Shown here one piece after another: positions 10,594 through 21,893 of a DNA stretch of 64,000 nt (positions are counted from its first letter, which is position 1; each line of letters starts with the position of its first letter). The position numbers were made by a program, and so were the translations under genes. The notes beneath the pieces were generated by a model. That model was not told where the DNA came from. It did not search any database and saw only the letters and a list, made by a program, of their open reading frames with translations. The stretch spans positions 864,001 to 928,000 of the forward strand of contig CAXXLL010000003.1 of assembly GCA_963662545.2 (NCBI GenBank), given 5' to 3'. This DNA is from Gammaproteobacteria bacterium. GTDB lineage: Bacteria; Pseudomonadota; Gammaproteobacteria; Ga0077536.

Positions 10594-11328
10594 CCTGTAG
10601 AGGATCGACAGGTCGCGCTCGTGACGGGTGCCGCGAAACGCTTGGGCGCCGTTATGGCTCGCGTTTTACATAGCCGGGGTTACAGAGTCATTATCCATTT
10701 CCACCGATCGTCGAGCGCGGCGCGCGCACTCGTTGACGATCTCAATCAAATACGAGCGGATTCAGCGATCAGCGTGCAGCAGGATCTCACTGCCGAGGAC
10801 GCTGCATTAACCCTGGCTGATTCGATTCGACGAAACTGGTCCCGGCTTGACTTACTGGTCAATAACGCTTCGGTGTTTGACAAGACGCCGCTCAACGAAA
10901 TTGATGTTCCCACCTGGGAGCGCATTCAGGCAATCAATGTGCGCGCACCGTATTTTTTGTCGATTCACGCCGCCGAATGGCTTAGGCGGTCTTCGGGTTC
11001 AATCGTGAATATTGCAGACATTCACGGCGAGCGCCCGCGGCTCGAGTATTCGGCGTACTGTGCATCGAAAGCAGGAATCCTCGCTATTACTCGTTCGCTG
11101 GCAATCGACATGGCGCCGCTGGTTCGGGTGAACTGTGTTTCGCCCGGTGCAATCCTATGGGCAAACAATGAAAGCGAAGCCGTGAAAGAAAATACGATCC
11201 GCTCGACGCCGTTGCAACGACACGGCACGCCGGAGGACATCGCCGAGGCGGTGTGCTATCTCGCACAAGCGAGGTTCGTGACGGGACATACCCTTAACGT
11301 GGACGGTGGTCGTATCGTCCGCATATGA
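10591..11328 (+). CDS. Pteridine reductase (FolM-like SDR)
   Basis: TGAAKRLG, NNAS, YCASKAG, LNVDGGR; near folB. Confidence 0.88.
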   Translation: MPVEDRQVALVTGAAKRLGAVMARVLHSRGYRVIIHFHRSSSAARALVDDLNQIRADSAISVQQDLTAEDAALTLADSIRRNWSRLDLLVNNASVFDKTPLNEIDVPTWERIQAINVRAPYFLSIHAAEWLRRSSGSIVNIADIHGERPRLEYSAYCASKAGILAITRSLAIDMAPLVRVNCVSPGAILWANNESEAVKENTIRSTPLQRHGTPEDIAEAVCYLAQARFVTGHTLNVDGGRIVRI

Positions 11329-11384
11329 ACCTCCGTGCACCGATGCCAACCGTCAGTAATTAGAACCCGTCCAGAAAGAAAGAT

Positions 11385-11475
11385 TCTCGCCAAGACGCAA
11401 AGATCGCAAAGAGATACGTCATTGTTATAAAAATTATACGAACTGCTTTCTTGGCGTCTTTGCGCCTTTGCGAGA
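11385..11475. repeat. REP-like palindrome between convergent genes
   Basis: TCTCGCCAAGACGCAAAGATCGCAAAG ... CTTGGCGTCTTTGCGCCTTTGCGAGA. Confidence 0.5.
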
Positions 11476-11502
11476 GAAATATTGGCGTTTATAGATGAAC
11501 AC

Positions 11503-11931
11503 CTACTCAAGCCCGAAACCCGGTAAAGGTGACCCGAGATACCAGCGCTTTTCGTCCTCGTCGTACCACCAGTGCTGCTCGTCGCGTAAAGTGTGGATTA
11601 CACCGGAATCGAGTTCGTAATATTCGATCATTGCGATGACCCGCGCTTCCTTGCCATTGTCGGCGATTAATTGATCACCCATATTGTAATTAGTCACTCG
11701 ATAGAGGGCGATGCGATCGAGGTCGGGCGAGGCTAGCGATCCGTCGCTGGCGCGAAGGTATTTAGCGGCTTCATCGTAGTATCCCCAGCGAATCATTTTC
11801 CGGTAAATCGATAGGCTGGCGTCGAGTGATATCGAACGTTTTTGAGTCGCTATCGAGGGAAGCGAGGTACACGATACGAGCGCGAAGGCGAGAATTATCA
11901 GAATCAGGTGGCGGAACACTGATTTCAGCAT
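11503..11931 (-). CDS. Hypothetical lipoprotein
   Basis: Hydrophobic leader ending LVSC (lipobox); start at MLKSV. Confidence 0.7.
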   Translation of the reverse strand: MLKSVFRHLILIILAFALVSCTSLPSIATQKRSISLDASLSIYRKMIRWGYYDEAAKYLRASDGSLASPDLDRIALYRVTNYNMGDQLIADNGKEARVIAMIEYYELDSGVIHTLRDEQHWWYDEDEKRWYLGSPLPGFGLE

Positions 11932-12196
11932 GACGGTACTAGTTTCAACATACCAGTAAAACACTATCGAACTTCGCTGCGAGCAATGTAGCGTTTCGGG
12001 GCTGCTCAATCCATCAGCAGGCGGGTAACAACCCGTATTTTTCGCGGGCGTGCTTCCACTATAGGAATGTACCGGCATTCATGAAGTACATAAGCCCTTG
12101 ATGGAAGGAACCCGGTCAAGTCGAGTGACCGCTCGATAGTCGACCTCGACTTCAGCTTGCCGCAGATACCAGCACAAGCACGGCGCAATACGATAT

Positions 12197-12553
12197 TCAA
12201 TCGTGCTCGCCCCGCTCTATGATGACCCCGATGTCCCTAACGTGCCGAACGACACCCTGCTTGTTGATCTGCACCCGTATCCAACCCACATTGAATTCTT
12301 TGAGCACGATCGCGGCGATCTGGCCAGCAAGCGCTTCGATCAAGTGGAAATCACTTCCGGCTGTAAAATCGATCACGCGATCGGCGACGGCCTTGTAGTC
12401 GACAGTATCGACGATGTCGTCGGTTTCGCCCGGGCGAGAAACATCCACGCCCAGATCGATATCGATGAGCAGGGTTTGGCGAATACGGCGTTCCCACTCC
12501 CACACACCGATGACCGTTTCGACCCGCAGATTGTGAAGATAAATGATATCCAT
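12197..12553 (-). CDS. folB: Dihydroneopterin aldolase
   Basis: IGVWEWER, DYKAV, LIEALA, GVIIER; divergent from plsY as usual. Confidence 0.96.
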   Translation of the reverse strand: MDIIYLHNLRVETVIGVWEWERRIRQTLLIDIDLGVDVSRPGETDDIVDTVDYKAVADRVIDFTAGSDFHLIEALAGQIAAIVLKEFNVGWIRVQINKQGVVRHVRDIGVIIERGEHD

Positions 12554-12598
12554 TCTTCGCAGCGCCTCGATTGACGCGCGATGTTAACAAAGTTGCCC

Positions 12599-12992
12599 CT
12601 AGCCGCCTGCCGGACTTAGGAAGAACAGACTCGGCAATTGCTCCTGTATTGCTCTCGGCTCTGGCTTCCTGCTTCGCTCTACCTCCCCCATCTCTGGGGT
12701 CGTACCTCCTGCATCTATGCAGTCGTACGGCGTTGGGATAGCGGTCTGAGAGGCGCCATGGCTTTGTCCGGCGCGTCCCTGCGCTTCTCCCCTGCGGGGC
12801 TGCGCGAAGATTCGTTCCCGACGAATTTTTGTTCAGCGCGTCCCTGCGCTTCTCCCCTGCGGGGCTACGCGAAAATTCGTTCCCGACGAATTTTTCGTTA
12901 AATAGCCCCACTATTCGCCTCAAACCATGATACCTCTCAGCCCGCTCTCCCAACCGCCTCGCTATGATTCCCTAAGTCCGACAGGCTGCTAG
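12599..12992. repeat. MITE-like element bounded by CTAG, with internal ~60-bp tandem duplication
   Basis: CTAGCCGCCTGCCGGACTTAGG ... CCTAAGTCCGACAGGCTGCTAG; duplicated unit at ~12771-12830 and ~12836-12896. Confidence 0.7.
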
Positions 12993-13022
12993 CTTGAACC
13001 ATCGCGTCTCATCAGTTGGAAT

Positions 13023-13622
13023 ATGATCGTGACCGTACTCGTCTTTCTTATCGTCGGCGGCTATCTTCTGGGATCAGTTTCCACCGCGATCGTCGTGTGC
13101 AAGCTGCTGGGCGTGGCCGACCCGCGTGAGGTCGGCTCAGGCAACCCGGGCGCGACCAACGTATTGCGTCACGCCGGCAAACCCGCGGCCGCAGCTACCC
13201 TCCTCGGGGACGTCGGCAAGGGCGTCATCGCCGTCGCCGCGGGACACGCGCTCGGCATCGCCGCGCCGGGATTGACCTTCGTCGCATGCGCCGCGTTTCT
13301 CGGACATTTGTATCCAATCTATTACTCCTTTCGCGGTGGTAAAGGCGTCGCCACGTTCGTCGGCGTAAATCTCGCGCTCAATCCATGGATAGGGCTTTCT
13401 TTCATGGTCGTATGGTTGTCGATGGCCTTACTCATGGGCTATTCGTCGCTGGCCGCGCTAACGGCAGCAGCCGCGACGCCCCTCGTCGCGTTTTACCTCG
13501 GCGAACCGCCGATATCCGTGGGCGTACTCGCCGCCATGTCGTCCCTGGTCTTTTGGCGCCATCGCAGCAACATCAGCAATCTGGTAAAGGGCGGTGAGAA
13601 GAAAATCGGACAGAAAACCTAA
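13023..13622 (+). CDS. plsY: Glycerol-3-phosphate 1-O-acyltransferase
   Basis: YLLGS, GSGNPGATN, GHLYP..FRGGKGVAT, RHRSNI. Confidence 0.96.
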   Translation: MIVTVLVFLIVGGYLLGSVSTAIVVCKLLGVADPREVGSGNPGATNVLRHAGKPAAAATLLGDVGKGVIAVAAGHALGIAAPGLTFVACAAFLGHLYPIYYSFRGGKGVATFVGVNLALNPWIGLSFMVVWLSMALLMGYSSLAALTAAAATPLVAFYLGEPPISVGVLAAMSSLVFWRHRSNISNLVKGGEKKIGQKT

Positions 13623-13787
13623 GGAACCTGTGAATAGGTCATGGTGCGTCTGAATTGTTCATGCCATGGTGCAGATCAAGGCGCGAATCGCAGGCCATAG
13701 CGGGGATTAGGGCCAAGGTTCGTAACGTAAGACTCCGCGATTTCATGGGCAAGGCAGATGGGCCATGACTTATTCAGAAGTTCCCTA
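13620..13787. repeat. MITE-like element between convergent plsY and tsaD
   Basis: TAAGGAACCTGTGAATAGGTCATGG ... CCATGACTTATTCAGAAGTTCCCTA imperfect inverted repeat. Confidence 0.6.
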
Positions 13788-13793
13788 AGCCCT

Positions 13794-14831
13794 TCACGTC
13801 CGGAGCGGCGGTTCCAGTTCGGACATTGGCCATCGCGGGCGCACGCTGAATCCGGATCCGTCCTGCTGACCCGCATTCAACCGACGATAACCCACGTAGG
13901 CGATCATCGCGCCGTTGTCGGTCGCGTATTTCAACGGCGGAAAATGAATCGTCGCGGATAAATCGTCTGCGAGCGCGGTCAAGCGCGCCCGCAGTGCCGC
14001 GTTGGCGCTGACACCGCCCGCGACGACCAGTCGTTTGATTTCGGTTTGCTCGATCGCACGCCGGCACTTAATGGCCAAGGTGTCGACTACGGCATCACTG
14101 AAAGCGCGCGCGATATCGGCACGCGTCTTGTCCTCCGAAGTCGAATCACGGACTGTATTTAGGACGCAAGTTTTCAACCCGCTGAAGCTCAGATCGAGGC
14201 CCGGTCGATCGGTCATCGGTCTTGGGAATTGAAAACGCTCTGGATCGCCCCGCAGCGCCAGCGCTTCGACGGCCGGCCCCCCGGGATAACCGAGACCGAG
14301 CATCTTCGCGACCTTGTCGAACGCTTCGCCGGCAGCGTCGTCCAAGGATTCACCCAGGATTTCGTAGCATCCCAATCCGCCCACCTTTACGAACATCGTG
14401 TGCCCGCCGGAAACGAGTAATGCGAGAAAGGGCGGCTCCGGCCCGTCTTCCACCATCATGGGCGCCAGTAAATGGCCCTCCATGTGGTGTACCCCCAAGG
14501 CTGGCACGTCCAGAGACCAGGCCAGCGATCGGGCAAATCCCGCACCGACCAGCAGCGCCCCGGCCAGTCCGGGACCGGCGGTATAAGCAACGCCGTCGAG
14601 ATCGGCGGGCCTCAGGCTGGCATCAGCCAGGGCCTCTTCGAGTAGCGGCGCCAGCTTGCGTACGTGATCGCGCGAAGCGAGCTCCGGAACGACGCCGCCG
14701 TAGCGCGCATGGATATCGACCTGGCTGTAGATGCGCTCGACGACAATGCCGGAGCCCTTTTGATACACCGCAATGCCCGTTTCATCGCAGCTGGTTTCGA
14801 CGCCTAATACTCGCACGGTCAGATCCGCCAC
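13794..14831 (-). CDS. tsaD: tRNA N6-adenosine threonylcarbamoyltransferase
   Basis: [41 protein letters not shown]. Confidence 0.97.
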   Translation of the reverse strand: MADLTVRVLGVETSCDETGIAVYQKGSGIVVERIYSQVDIHARYGGVVPELASRDHVRKLAPLLEEALADASLRPADLDGVAYTAGPGLAGALLVGAGFARSLAWSLDVPALGVHHMEGHLLAPMMVEDGPEPPFLALLVSGGHTMFVKVGGLGCYEILGESLDDAAGEAFDKVAKMLGLGYPGGPAVEALALRGDPERFQFPRPMTDRPGLDLSFSGLKTCVLNTVRDSTSEDKTRADIARAFSDAVVDTLAIKCRRAIEQTEIKRLVVAGGVSANAALRARLTALADDLSATIHFPPLKYATDNGAMIAYVGYRRLNAGQQDGSGFSVRPRWPMSELEPPLRT

Positions 14832-14926
14832 TCCAAATAGCAGTCATCGACTTCGTTATCAATCGACATTATAATTCGCTGTTACCTTTCTAGAATAGCC
14901 GTAACAATAGAAACCGAGTTCGAAGT

Positions 14927-15142
14927 ATGCCGACCGTTCGTGTTAGAGAAAATGAACCGTTTGACATCGCCATCAGGCGTTTCAAACGGGCCTGCGAAAA
15001 AGCCGGAGTGCTCGCAGAAGTCCACCGTCGTGAATATTACGAGAAGCCAACACAGGTTAGAAAGCGAAAAGCTGCTGCTGCCGTCAAGCGCTGGCAGAAA
15101 AAAGCGGCCCGGTCGATGCTGCGGCGTACACGGCCTTATTGA
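14927..15142 (+). CDS. rpsU: 30S ribosomal protein S21
   Basis: [27 protein letters not shown]. Confidence 0.97.
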   Translation: MPTVRVRENEPFDIAIRRFKRACEKAGVLAEVHRREYYEKPTQVRKRKAAAAVKRWQKKAARSMLRRTRPY

Positions 15143-15609
15143 GTGAACCCCACCATTTGAGCGTGCCGTTCAAAGAGCGTCTGAATCAAGACGTAATAAC
15201 CGCGCTCAAAGCCCGCGAGAAAGTAAAGCTGAAGGCCCTGCGGCTTATTCTCGCCGCGGCCAAGCAGTTCGAAATCGATAACCGCGCCGAACTCGATGAC
15301 GAGGCGGCGGTTGGGTTGTTGACAAAAATGGCGAAGCAGCGCCGTGAATCGATCGCTCAGTTCGAACCAGCTGGGCGTAGCGACCTGGTCGAGATCGAGC
15401 GCTTCGAACTCGATCTCATCAACGGCTATCTGCCTGAACAACTATCGGATGACGAAGTCGACGCCCGTATCGAGGCCGCTATCGCCACTACCGGTGCGAC
15501 CAGCATGCGGGACATGGGTAAGGTCATGGGCCACCTGCAGGCCAAGCTCAAGGGACGCGTGGACATGGCCGAGGTCAGCGCCAGGGTGAAATCCCGCTTG
15601 AGCGCCTGA
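15139..15609 (+). CDS. GatB/YqeY domain protein
   Basis: [24 protein letters not shown]; position between rpsU and dnaG. Confidence 0.92.
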   Translation: MSEPHHLSVPFKERLNQDVITALKAREKVKLKALRLILAAAKQFEIDNRAELDDEAAVGLLTKMAKQRRESIAQFEPAGRSDLVEIERFELDLINGYLPEQLSDDEVDARIEAAIATTGATSMRDMGKVMGHLQAKLKGRVDMAEVSARVKSRLSA

Positions 15610-15674
15610 ATTTCGTAGCTCCTGGTGCAGCACCGCTTCTGCCAGCGCCCTGCACTGCTTAAAATCCCGGGCTA

Positions 15675-15882
15675 GGAGCCTGTATGGCATAGGGAATCGT
15701 AGCGAGGCGAGAGGGAAATCGAGGCCGGCTTTTCGATCATTTGAGGCGAATAGCGGTGACTATTTAACGAACATGATCGGAAAGATGGACCGATTTCCCG
15801 CCGCCGTACGACTGCATGGATGCAGGAGGTAGAGCAATGCAGGAGCAATTGCCGAGTAGATTCCCTATGCCATACAGGCTCC
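15675..15882. repeat. MITE-like element with perfect 24-bp terminal inverted repeats
   Basis: GGAGCCTGTATGGCATAGGGAATC ... GATTCCCTATGCCATACAGGCTCC. Confidence 0.75.
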
Positions 15883-15903
15883 AAATAGTCGGCGTGAACT
15901 GAT

Positions 15904-17658
15904 ATGGCGGGCCGTATCCCGGAACATTTTATCGACGATCTACTGACCCGAGTCGATGTCGTCGACCTCATTGAATCTCACCTGCCGCTGCGGAAGGCGG
16001 GTCGGGACTTCCAGACATTGTGTCCGTTTCACGACGAGAAAACCCCATCATTCACGATCAGCCGGGAAAAGCAGTTCTATCATTGCTTTGGCTGTGGCGC
16101 CCACGGTTCGGCGATCGGATTTTTGATGAATTATCGAAACCTCGAGTTCGTCGAGGCGGTGGAAGAACTCGCCCAAATCGCCGGGTTAGAGGTGCCACGG
16201 GAAGCCGGCCGCGAACGGGCCGCACCAACGCGCGAGGTCTTTAAATTGCTGGAGGAGGCGCGCGACTACTACGAAATCCAGTTACGCCAACATGCTGATC
16301 GCGACCGTATCGTCGACTATCTGAAAGCACGTGAGATCAGCGGTCAGATCGCCAAGAAATTCCACCTCGGTTTCGCGCCGCCCGGATGGAGCAATCTCCT
16401 CGAGGCGATGTCGGCCCACGGCGCCGGCGAGGAGCAACTCGAACGGGCCGGTCTCGTCATTCGCCGCGAGCACGGTGGCTATTACGACCGCTTCCGCGAA
16501 CGCATCATATTCCCCATTCACGATCGCAGAGGGCGCGTGATCGGTTTTGGCGGGCGGATCATCGACGCGGGCGAGCCAAAATACCTGAACTCCCCGGAAA
16601 CGGAAGTATTTCACAAGGGGCGTGAACTCTACGGCTTGCACGAAGCGCTCGATGCACGCGGGGCGCTGACCGAGCTGATCGTGGTGGAAGGGTACATGGA
16701 TGTCATCGCCTTGCATCAGCACGGCATGAACAACGTCGTCGCAACCCTCGGCACCGCCGTCACTTCGGATCATCTCGACCAGTTGTACCGCCACGTGCCG
16801 GAAATCGTCTTCTGTTTCGACGGCGATGCGGCGGGCGCGCGCGCCGCGTGGAAAGCCCTCGAAATCACGCTGCCCCTGATGGAGGGGAATCGCCAGGTGA
16901 GATTCGCATTCCTGCCCGATGGCCATGACCCGGACTCCGCCGTTCGCGAGCACGGCGCCGACGGCTTGTTCCGCGTTTCGAAGATGTTCGGGCTGTCCGA
17001 ATACCTGTTGGACAAGCTCAAATCGGAAGTGGACCTGGCCAGCGGCGAGGGGCGCGCCCGCCTCGTCGCTCGGGCCAAACCCTATCTACTCAAGATTCCG
17101 GGCGAGGGGCATCGCGGCGCGGGTATTCGACTCCTTCATCAATTGACGCAAATCGACGAACGCATGATTCGACAGGATCTGTTCAAAGGAATGCGTCGGT
17201 TCGATCACACTCCCCCACGAGGCGGCCTGGTCAAGTTCACCACGCGCACGCTGGAGGAACACGTCCTCGCGCTGCTGTTGCAGCGCCCGTCTCTCGCACA
17301 GCTTCTCGATGCCGACACCGCGGAATTTCTCGAACGTGAACTCGATGACAGCACCCTCTTGCTGCAAACGTGGAGAACCGTCGAAACGCTAAGCAATGCC
17401 ACGACTGCGGGCATTCTCGAGCGATGGCGGGGCCGGGAACATGAAGGACAGCTCGCGGAACTTGCGGCGTGCGATCTAAACCTTGTGGACGAGGCGATGG
17501 AAACCGAGCTCAAGGACGCCCTCGTACGCTTGACGGCAAAAGCAGAAGACCGGCGTTTCCGTCGCCTCACCGCGATTCCTCTGCACGAACTGACCGACGA
17601 GCAGAAAGAGATCGTCAGAAGTTATCACCGGGAAGGATCCGGGCGCCCCACCCCCTGA
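15904..17658 (+). CDS. dnaG: DNA primase
   Basis: CPFHDEKTPSF zinc finger, KYLNSPET, VEGYMDV, FDGD Toprim. Confidence 0.98.
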   Translation: MAGRIPEHFIDDLLTRVDVVDLIESHLPLRKAGRDFQTLCPFHDEKTPSFTISREKQFYHCFGCGAHGSAIGFLMNYRNLEFVEAVEELAQIAGLEVPREAGRERAAPTREVFKLLEEARDYYEIQLRQHADRDRIVDYLKAREISGQIAKKFHLGFAPPGWSNLLEAMSAHGAGEEQLERAGLVIRREHGGYYDRFRERIIFPIHDRRGRVIGFGGRIIDAGEPKYLNSPETEVFHKGRELYGLHEALDARGALTELIVVEGYMDVIALHQHGMNNVVATLGTAVTSDHLDQLYRHVPEIVFCFDGDAAGARAAWKALEITLPLMEGNRQVRFAFLPDGHDPDSAVREHGADGLFRVSKMFGLSEYLLDKLKSEVDLASGEGRARLVARAKPYLLKIPGEGHRGAGIRLLHQLTQIDERMIRQDLFKGMRRFDHTPPRGGLVKFTTRTLEEHVLALLLQRPSLAQLLDADTAEFLERELDDSTLLLQTWRTVETLSNATTAGILERWRGREHEGQLAELAACDLNLVDEAMETELKDALVRLTAKAEDRRFRRLTAIPLHELTDEQKEIVRSYHREGSGRPTP

Positions 17659-17905
17659 TAAAGTCGCGGGGATTCAGGCCGCTTCGCTGCCGAGGGGCAT
17701 CCCAAAGGCAAATTCTTGTCTGATACGACGGCCCGATCGCACTTCACGGTGATACCGATGCCTAGGCTCCGCTGGCCATGCTGCCTCATTCCGGCCTATA
17801 ATAATCGGTCGTTCTGTTGCGTTTGCGCAACTAGCGATTTCCCCACTTTATACTAAACTTTCAATGGTCAACATAACTCGTTGACTCTAAAAAGGCTGTT
17901 TTAGA

Positions 17906-19771
17906 TTGACCAAAGAAGCAAAAATTTTGACCAAGGGTAAGCAAGAATCGATGGAAGCATTGGACGAAATCGATAAATCGGGCCAACAATCCCAGCTCAA
18001 ACTGCTCATTTCGAAAGGCAAAGAGCAGGGTTTCCTGACCTATCACGAGGTCAACGACCATTTGCCGAACGATATCGTCGATCCCGAACAGATCGAAGAT
18101 ATCATCAACATGATCAACGACATGGGGATCAAGGTTCACGAGACGCCGCCCGATCTCGATGCCATGCTGTTGAACGACAATGACGTCGATGAGGAAGCCG
18201 CCGAAGAAGCAGCTGCGGCGCTCGCGGCGGTCGATAATGAGTTCGGGCGAACCACTGACCCCGTGCGTATGTACATGCGCGAAATGGGGACCGTGGACCT
18301 GTTGACCCGCGAGGGCGAAATAAAAATCGCCAAGCGAATCGAAGATGGATTGAACCAGGTTCTGTCCGCTCTCACCGATTTCCCGACAGTCTCTGAACGC
18401 TTTCTTGCTGAATACGCGAGGGCCGAGGCCGGTGAGATCAAGATCACCGATATTATGAGCGGTTTCATCGATTACAGCGCTGAAACCGTAATCCCGCAAC
18501 CACGACAACCATCGGATTCGACCGATTCTTCGGACAAAGATGACGATGATGACGGGCCGCCCGCCCTCGATCCGGAGGAAGTCGCTGAACGGTTCGCCCA
18601 ATACGCCAAGATCTTCAAGAAGGTACAGAATTCGACCAAGCGTAACGGCCGCAACCACAAACGGACTGAAACGCTGCGCACGGAGCTTCAGGACAAGTTC
18701 CTCGAGTTCAAACTCGTTCCGAAAATAACCGACAAACTGACGAGACATGTTCGCGGGATCGTCAATGAAATTCGCCGCCAGGAAAAAACCATCCTGGAAA
18801 TCTGCGTCAAGCAGTGCCGCATGCCGCGCAAGGATTTTCTGGGCGTATTTATCGATGCCGAAAGCAATCCCAAATGGCTGCGCTCAGTCGTACGCCAGAA
18901 GAAGCCCTATGCAAGCGCGCTCAAGAAATGGCAGCCGGATATCCAGGCGGCTCAGAAGCGGCTGCTGGAAATCGAAGAAAACAACGCCGTTACGATAGGC
19001 GCGATCAAGGACATCAATCGCCGCATGTCGATCGGCGAGGCGAAAGCGCGGCGCGCCAAAAAGGAAATGGTCGAGGCCAATCTACGCCTGGTGATATCCA
19101 TCGCCAAGAAATACACGAACCGCGGCCTCTTGTTTCTTGATCTGATACAGGAGGGCAATATCGGCCTGATGAAAGCGGTCGACAAGTTCGAATACCGTCG
19201 CGGCTATAAATTTTCGACTTATGCGACCTGGTGGATCAGGCAGGCCATTACGCGTTCGATCGCCGATCAGGCGCGCACGATTCGAATTCCGGTCCACATG
19301 ATCGAGACGATTAACAAGCTCAACCGCATTTCCCGGCAGATCCTTCAAGAGAAAGGTCGTGAGCCGACGCCCGAGGAACTGGCCGATCGCATGGAGATGC
19401 CCGAGGACAAGATCCGAAAGGTACTGAAGATCGCCAAGGAACCGATCTCGATGGAGACGCCCATCGGCGACGACGAAGATTCTCACCTGGGCGATTTCAT
19501 CGAAGACCAGAATATCGACGCCCCGGTCGATTCAGCGACGTTCGAAGGCCTCTGCCGAAGTACGCGCGAGGTCCTCGCGGGCCTGACGCAGCGCGAGGCG
19601 AAAGTGCTGAGAATGCGCTTCGGCATCAATATGAATACGGATCACACGCTCGAGGAAGTCGGCAAGCAGTTCGACGTAACGCGTGAACGGATTCGACAGA
19701 TAGAAGCCAAGGCGCTGCGCAAGTTGCGCCATCCGTCGCGTTCGGAACGGTTGAGAACCTTTCTCGACTGA
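17906..19771 (+). CDS. rpoD: RNA polymerase sigma-70 factor (start may be ATG 17951)
   Basis: [53 protein letters not shown]. Confidence 0.98.
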   Translation: MTKEAKILTKGKQESMEALDEIDKSGQQSQLKLLISKGKEQGFLTYHEVNDHLPNDIVDPEQIEDIINMINDMGIKVHETPPDLDAMLLNDNDVDEEAAEEAAAALAAVDNEFGRTTDPVRMYMREMGTVDLLTREGEIKIAKRIEDGLNQVLSALTDFPTVSERFLAEYARAEAGEIKITDIMSGFIDYSAETVIPQPRQPSDSTDSSDKDDDDDGPPALDPEEVAERFAQYAKIFKKVQNSTKRNGRNHKRTETLRTELQDKFLEFKLVPKITDKLTRHVRGIVNEIRRQEKTILEICVKQCRMPRKDFLGVFIDAESNPKWLRSVVRQKKPYASALKKWQPDIQAAQKRLLEIEENNAVTIGAIKDINRRMSIGEAKARRAKKEMVEANLRLVISIAKKYTNRGLLFLDLIQEGNIGLMKAVDKFEYRRGYKFSTYATWWIRQAITRSIADQARTIRIPVHMIETINKLNRISRQILQEKGREPTPEELADRMEMPEDKIRKVLKIAKEPISMETPIGDDEDSHLGDFIEDQNIDAPVDSATFEGLCRSTREVLAGLTQREAKVLRMRFGINMNTDHTLEEVGKQFDVTRERIRQIEAKALRKLRHPSRSERLRTFLD

Positions 19772-19922
19772 AGAAAGATTACGATATGGACGTTCTGCGG
19801 GAGGCCAAGGCCTCCCGCTTTTCATTTGGGGGATAATGATCCAATCGTGCCGTATTTAGATTTCGGACACCTTATGTTCAAGCCTATCGCTTTCTGCTCT
19901 AAACTCCGCACAATCATTTTTG

Positions 19923-19999
<77 letters not shown>

Positions 20000-20112
20000 C
20001 TCCGCCGTCCACGGGCGTCCGAGAGAGTCCAAAGGCTTCCAAATACTAGCTAAAATACAGCTAGTTAACCTCCAAATAGGTCCGGGGCTGTCCATTGACA
20101 GCCTATCCGCTG

Positions 20113-20173
20113 TGACGGTACCTTTGACGGTAACAGCGAATTTATGCCCCTTTTTTCTCGGGAGTTACCGTCA
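20113..20173. promoter_or_regulatory. Probable integrase arm-type sites
   Basis: TGACGGTA at 20113 and 20125, inverted TACCGTCA at 20166, immediately upstream of integrase. Confidence 0.55.
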
Positions 20174-21441
20174 TGCTGGACAAACTAGCCGACACTACCG
20201 TTAAGAACGCCAAGCCAAAAACCAAACCCTACAAACTGGCCGACGGCGGTGGGATGTACTTACTCATCACGCCGAAGGGCCAGAAGTGGTGGCGGCTGGA
20301 CTACCGACTCAACGGCAAGCGGAAGACTCTCAGTCTGGGTGTCTACCCCAACGTGAAGTTGAAGAAAGCCCGCAAGCGGCGAGAGGCGGCACGCGAAAGC
20401 ATAGACGACGGCCTGGACCCGTCTGACATACGCAAAGGAGAAAAAGCCGCCCGCGAGGGCACGGACACATTCAAAGCCGTAGCCGAAGAATGGTTCGCTA
20501 AGTGGAGAATCGGCAAAGCTCCCCACTACACGGAGAAGGTGCAAGGGCGGCTGAAAAATGACGTGTACCCCTGGCTTGGCGATACCGTCATTAACGACAT
20601 CCAGCCAAAGGACCTGCTGCGCGTCCTGCGCCGGGTGGAAAGCCGAGGGGCAGTCGAGTCAGGCCACCGCATTCGTCAACATTGCAGCGCTGTCTTTCGT
20701 TATGCCGTGGCGTCCGGGTACGCTGATCGCGATCCGATTCAAGACTTGCGCGGCGCTTTGCTACCAACAAAGCCGAAACATTACGCCAGCATTATTGAGC
20801 CGAAGAAAATAGGCGAGCTTCTCCGAGCCATAGACGCTTACGAAGGCCAACTCATTACCCGCTGCGCCCTTGCTCTCACCGCCTTAACTTTCGTCCGTCC
20901 CGGCGAGCTAAGGAAAGCCGAATGGAGCGAAATAGACTTTGAGACTACCCAATGGAGAATACCCGCCGAGAAAATGAAAATGGACAGGCCACACATTGTC
21001 CCCTTGTCTGAGCAAGCCCTAGAAATTCTGAAGGAAATAAAGCCGCTCACGGGTAGCGGACGCTTTCTGTTCCCTAGCATTCGCAGTCTCAAGCGTCCTA
21101 TGTCAGAAAATACCGTAACAGCTGCCCTGCGTGGCATGGGCTATTCGGGCGACGAAATGACAGCGCACGGTTTCCGCAGCATGGCGTCTACCCGCCTGAA
21201 TGAAATGGGTTGGAATACCGACGCGATAGAGCGCCAACTTGCGCACGTCGAAGGCAACACTGTAAAGGCTGCTTATAACTACGCCGAACACTTGGAAGAG
21301 AGGCGGCGAATGATGCAGGCGTGGGCGGACTATTTGGACGGCCTCCGAAGCGAAGCCGAAGTGGTGCCCATCCACGGTAGGTTTGACCCTGATTTCAAGA
21401 ATACATCCATGAAGCGCGCTAATTCACAAGTTAATTTCTGA
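20173..21441 (+). CDS. P4-family tyrosine integrase (island left end)
   Basis: KLADGGGMYL arm-binding domain, RPGELR, HGFRSMAST, QLAH, YNYA; adjacent to tRNA. Confidence 0.95.
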   Translation: MLDKLADTTVKNAKPKTKPYKLADGGGMYLLITPKGQKWWRLDYRLNGKRKTLSLGVYPNVKLKKARKRREAARESIDDGLDPSDIRKGEKAAREGTDTFKAVAEEWFAKWRIGKAPHYTEKVQGRLKNDVYPWLGDTVINDIQPKDLLRVLRRVESRGAVESGHRIRQHCSAVFRYAVASGYADRDPIQDLRGALLPTKPKHYASIIEPKKIGELLRAIDAYEGQLITRCALALTALTFVRPGELRKAEWSEIDFETTQWRIPAEKMKMDRPHIVPLSEQALEILKEIKPLTGSGRFLFPSIRSLKRPMSENTVTAALRGMGYSGDEMTAHGFRSMASTRLNEMGWNTDAIERQLAHVEGNTVKAAYNYAEHLEERRRMMQAWADYLDGLRSEAEVVPIHGRFDPDFKNTSMKRANSQVNF

Positions 21442-21893
21442 ATGCGTCAAGGTCAGTACAACCCAATGAATGAGCGCCCGCCCAGCACGCCATTAGAGCC
21501 TCTATTCAAAGAACTTGAGACCTCAAGTAAATGCACCTCCTTAATCGAGCGCCAAAGAAGAGCACTCGACGAGGTCGCTGACCATCTATCTGTCGGTGTT
21601 CAGCGCTTCCACGGCAGACAATGCCCCAAGTTAGGTATTCCTGATTCGGAGACCCAAGAATACGAAAGAATATTGTGCAGATTGGTCTTGCGCGTCCACC
21701 GCAACTTAGCTACCGAAAGGGCCGCACAGTTTCCGGCTCTGACGAAGTATCTGTGTGAATTTATCGACACGAGGCGAGTAATCGCAGATCGCGAAACTTT
21801 AATGAGAGCGGAGGCGTCACCGGGGCTTGAGGTTGGAATAAAGAAACTCCGCCCTGTCAAAGAATTACAGGTTTGGTTTTTCATTTTTGATCG
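21442..21893 (+). pseudogene. Hypothetical gene truncated by the adjacent IS
   Basis: ORF 21442..22008 reads into the IS end at 21894; no recognisable motifs. Confidence 0.4.

Noticed and set aside
17861-18748. Long antisense ORFs opposite rpoD, cca, MOSC and other genes
   Set aside because: Expected shadow ORFs in GC-rich coding DNA, with no motifs.
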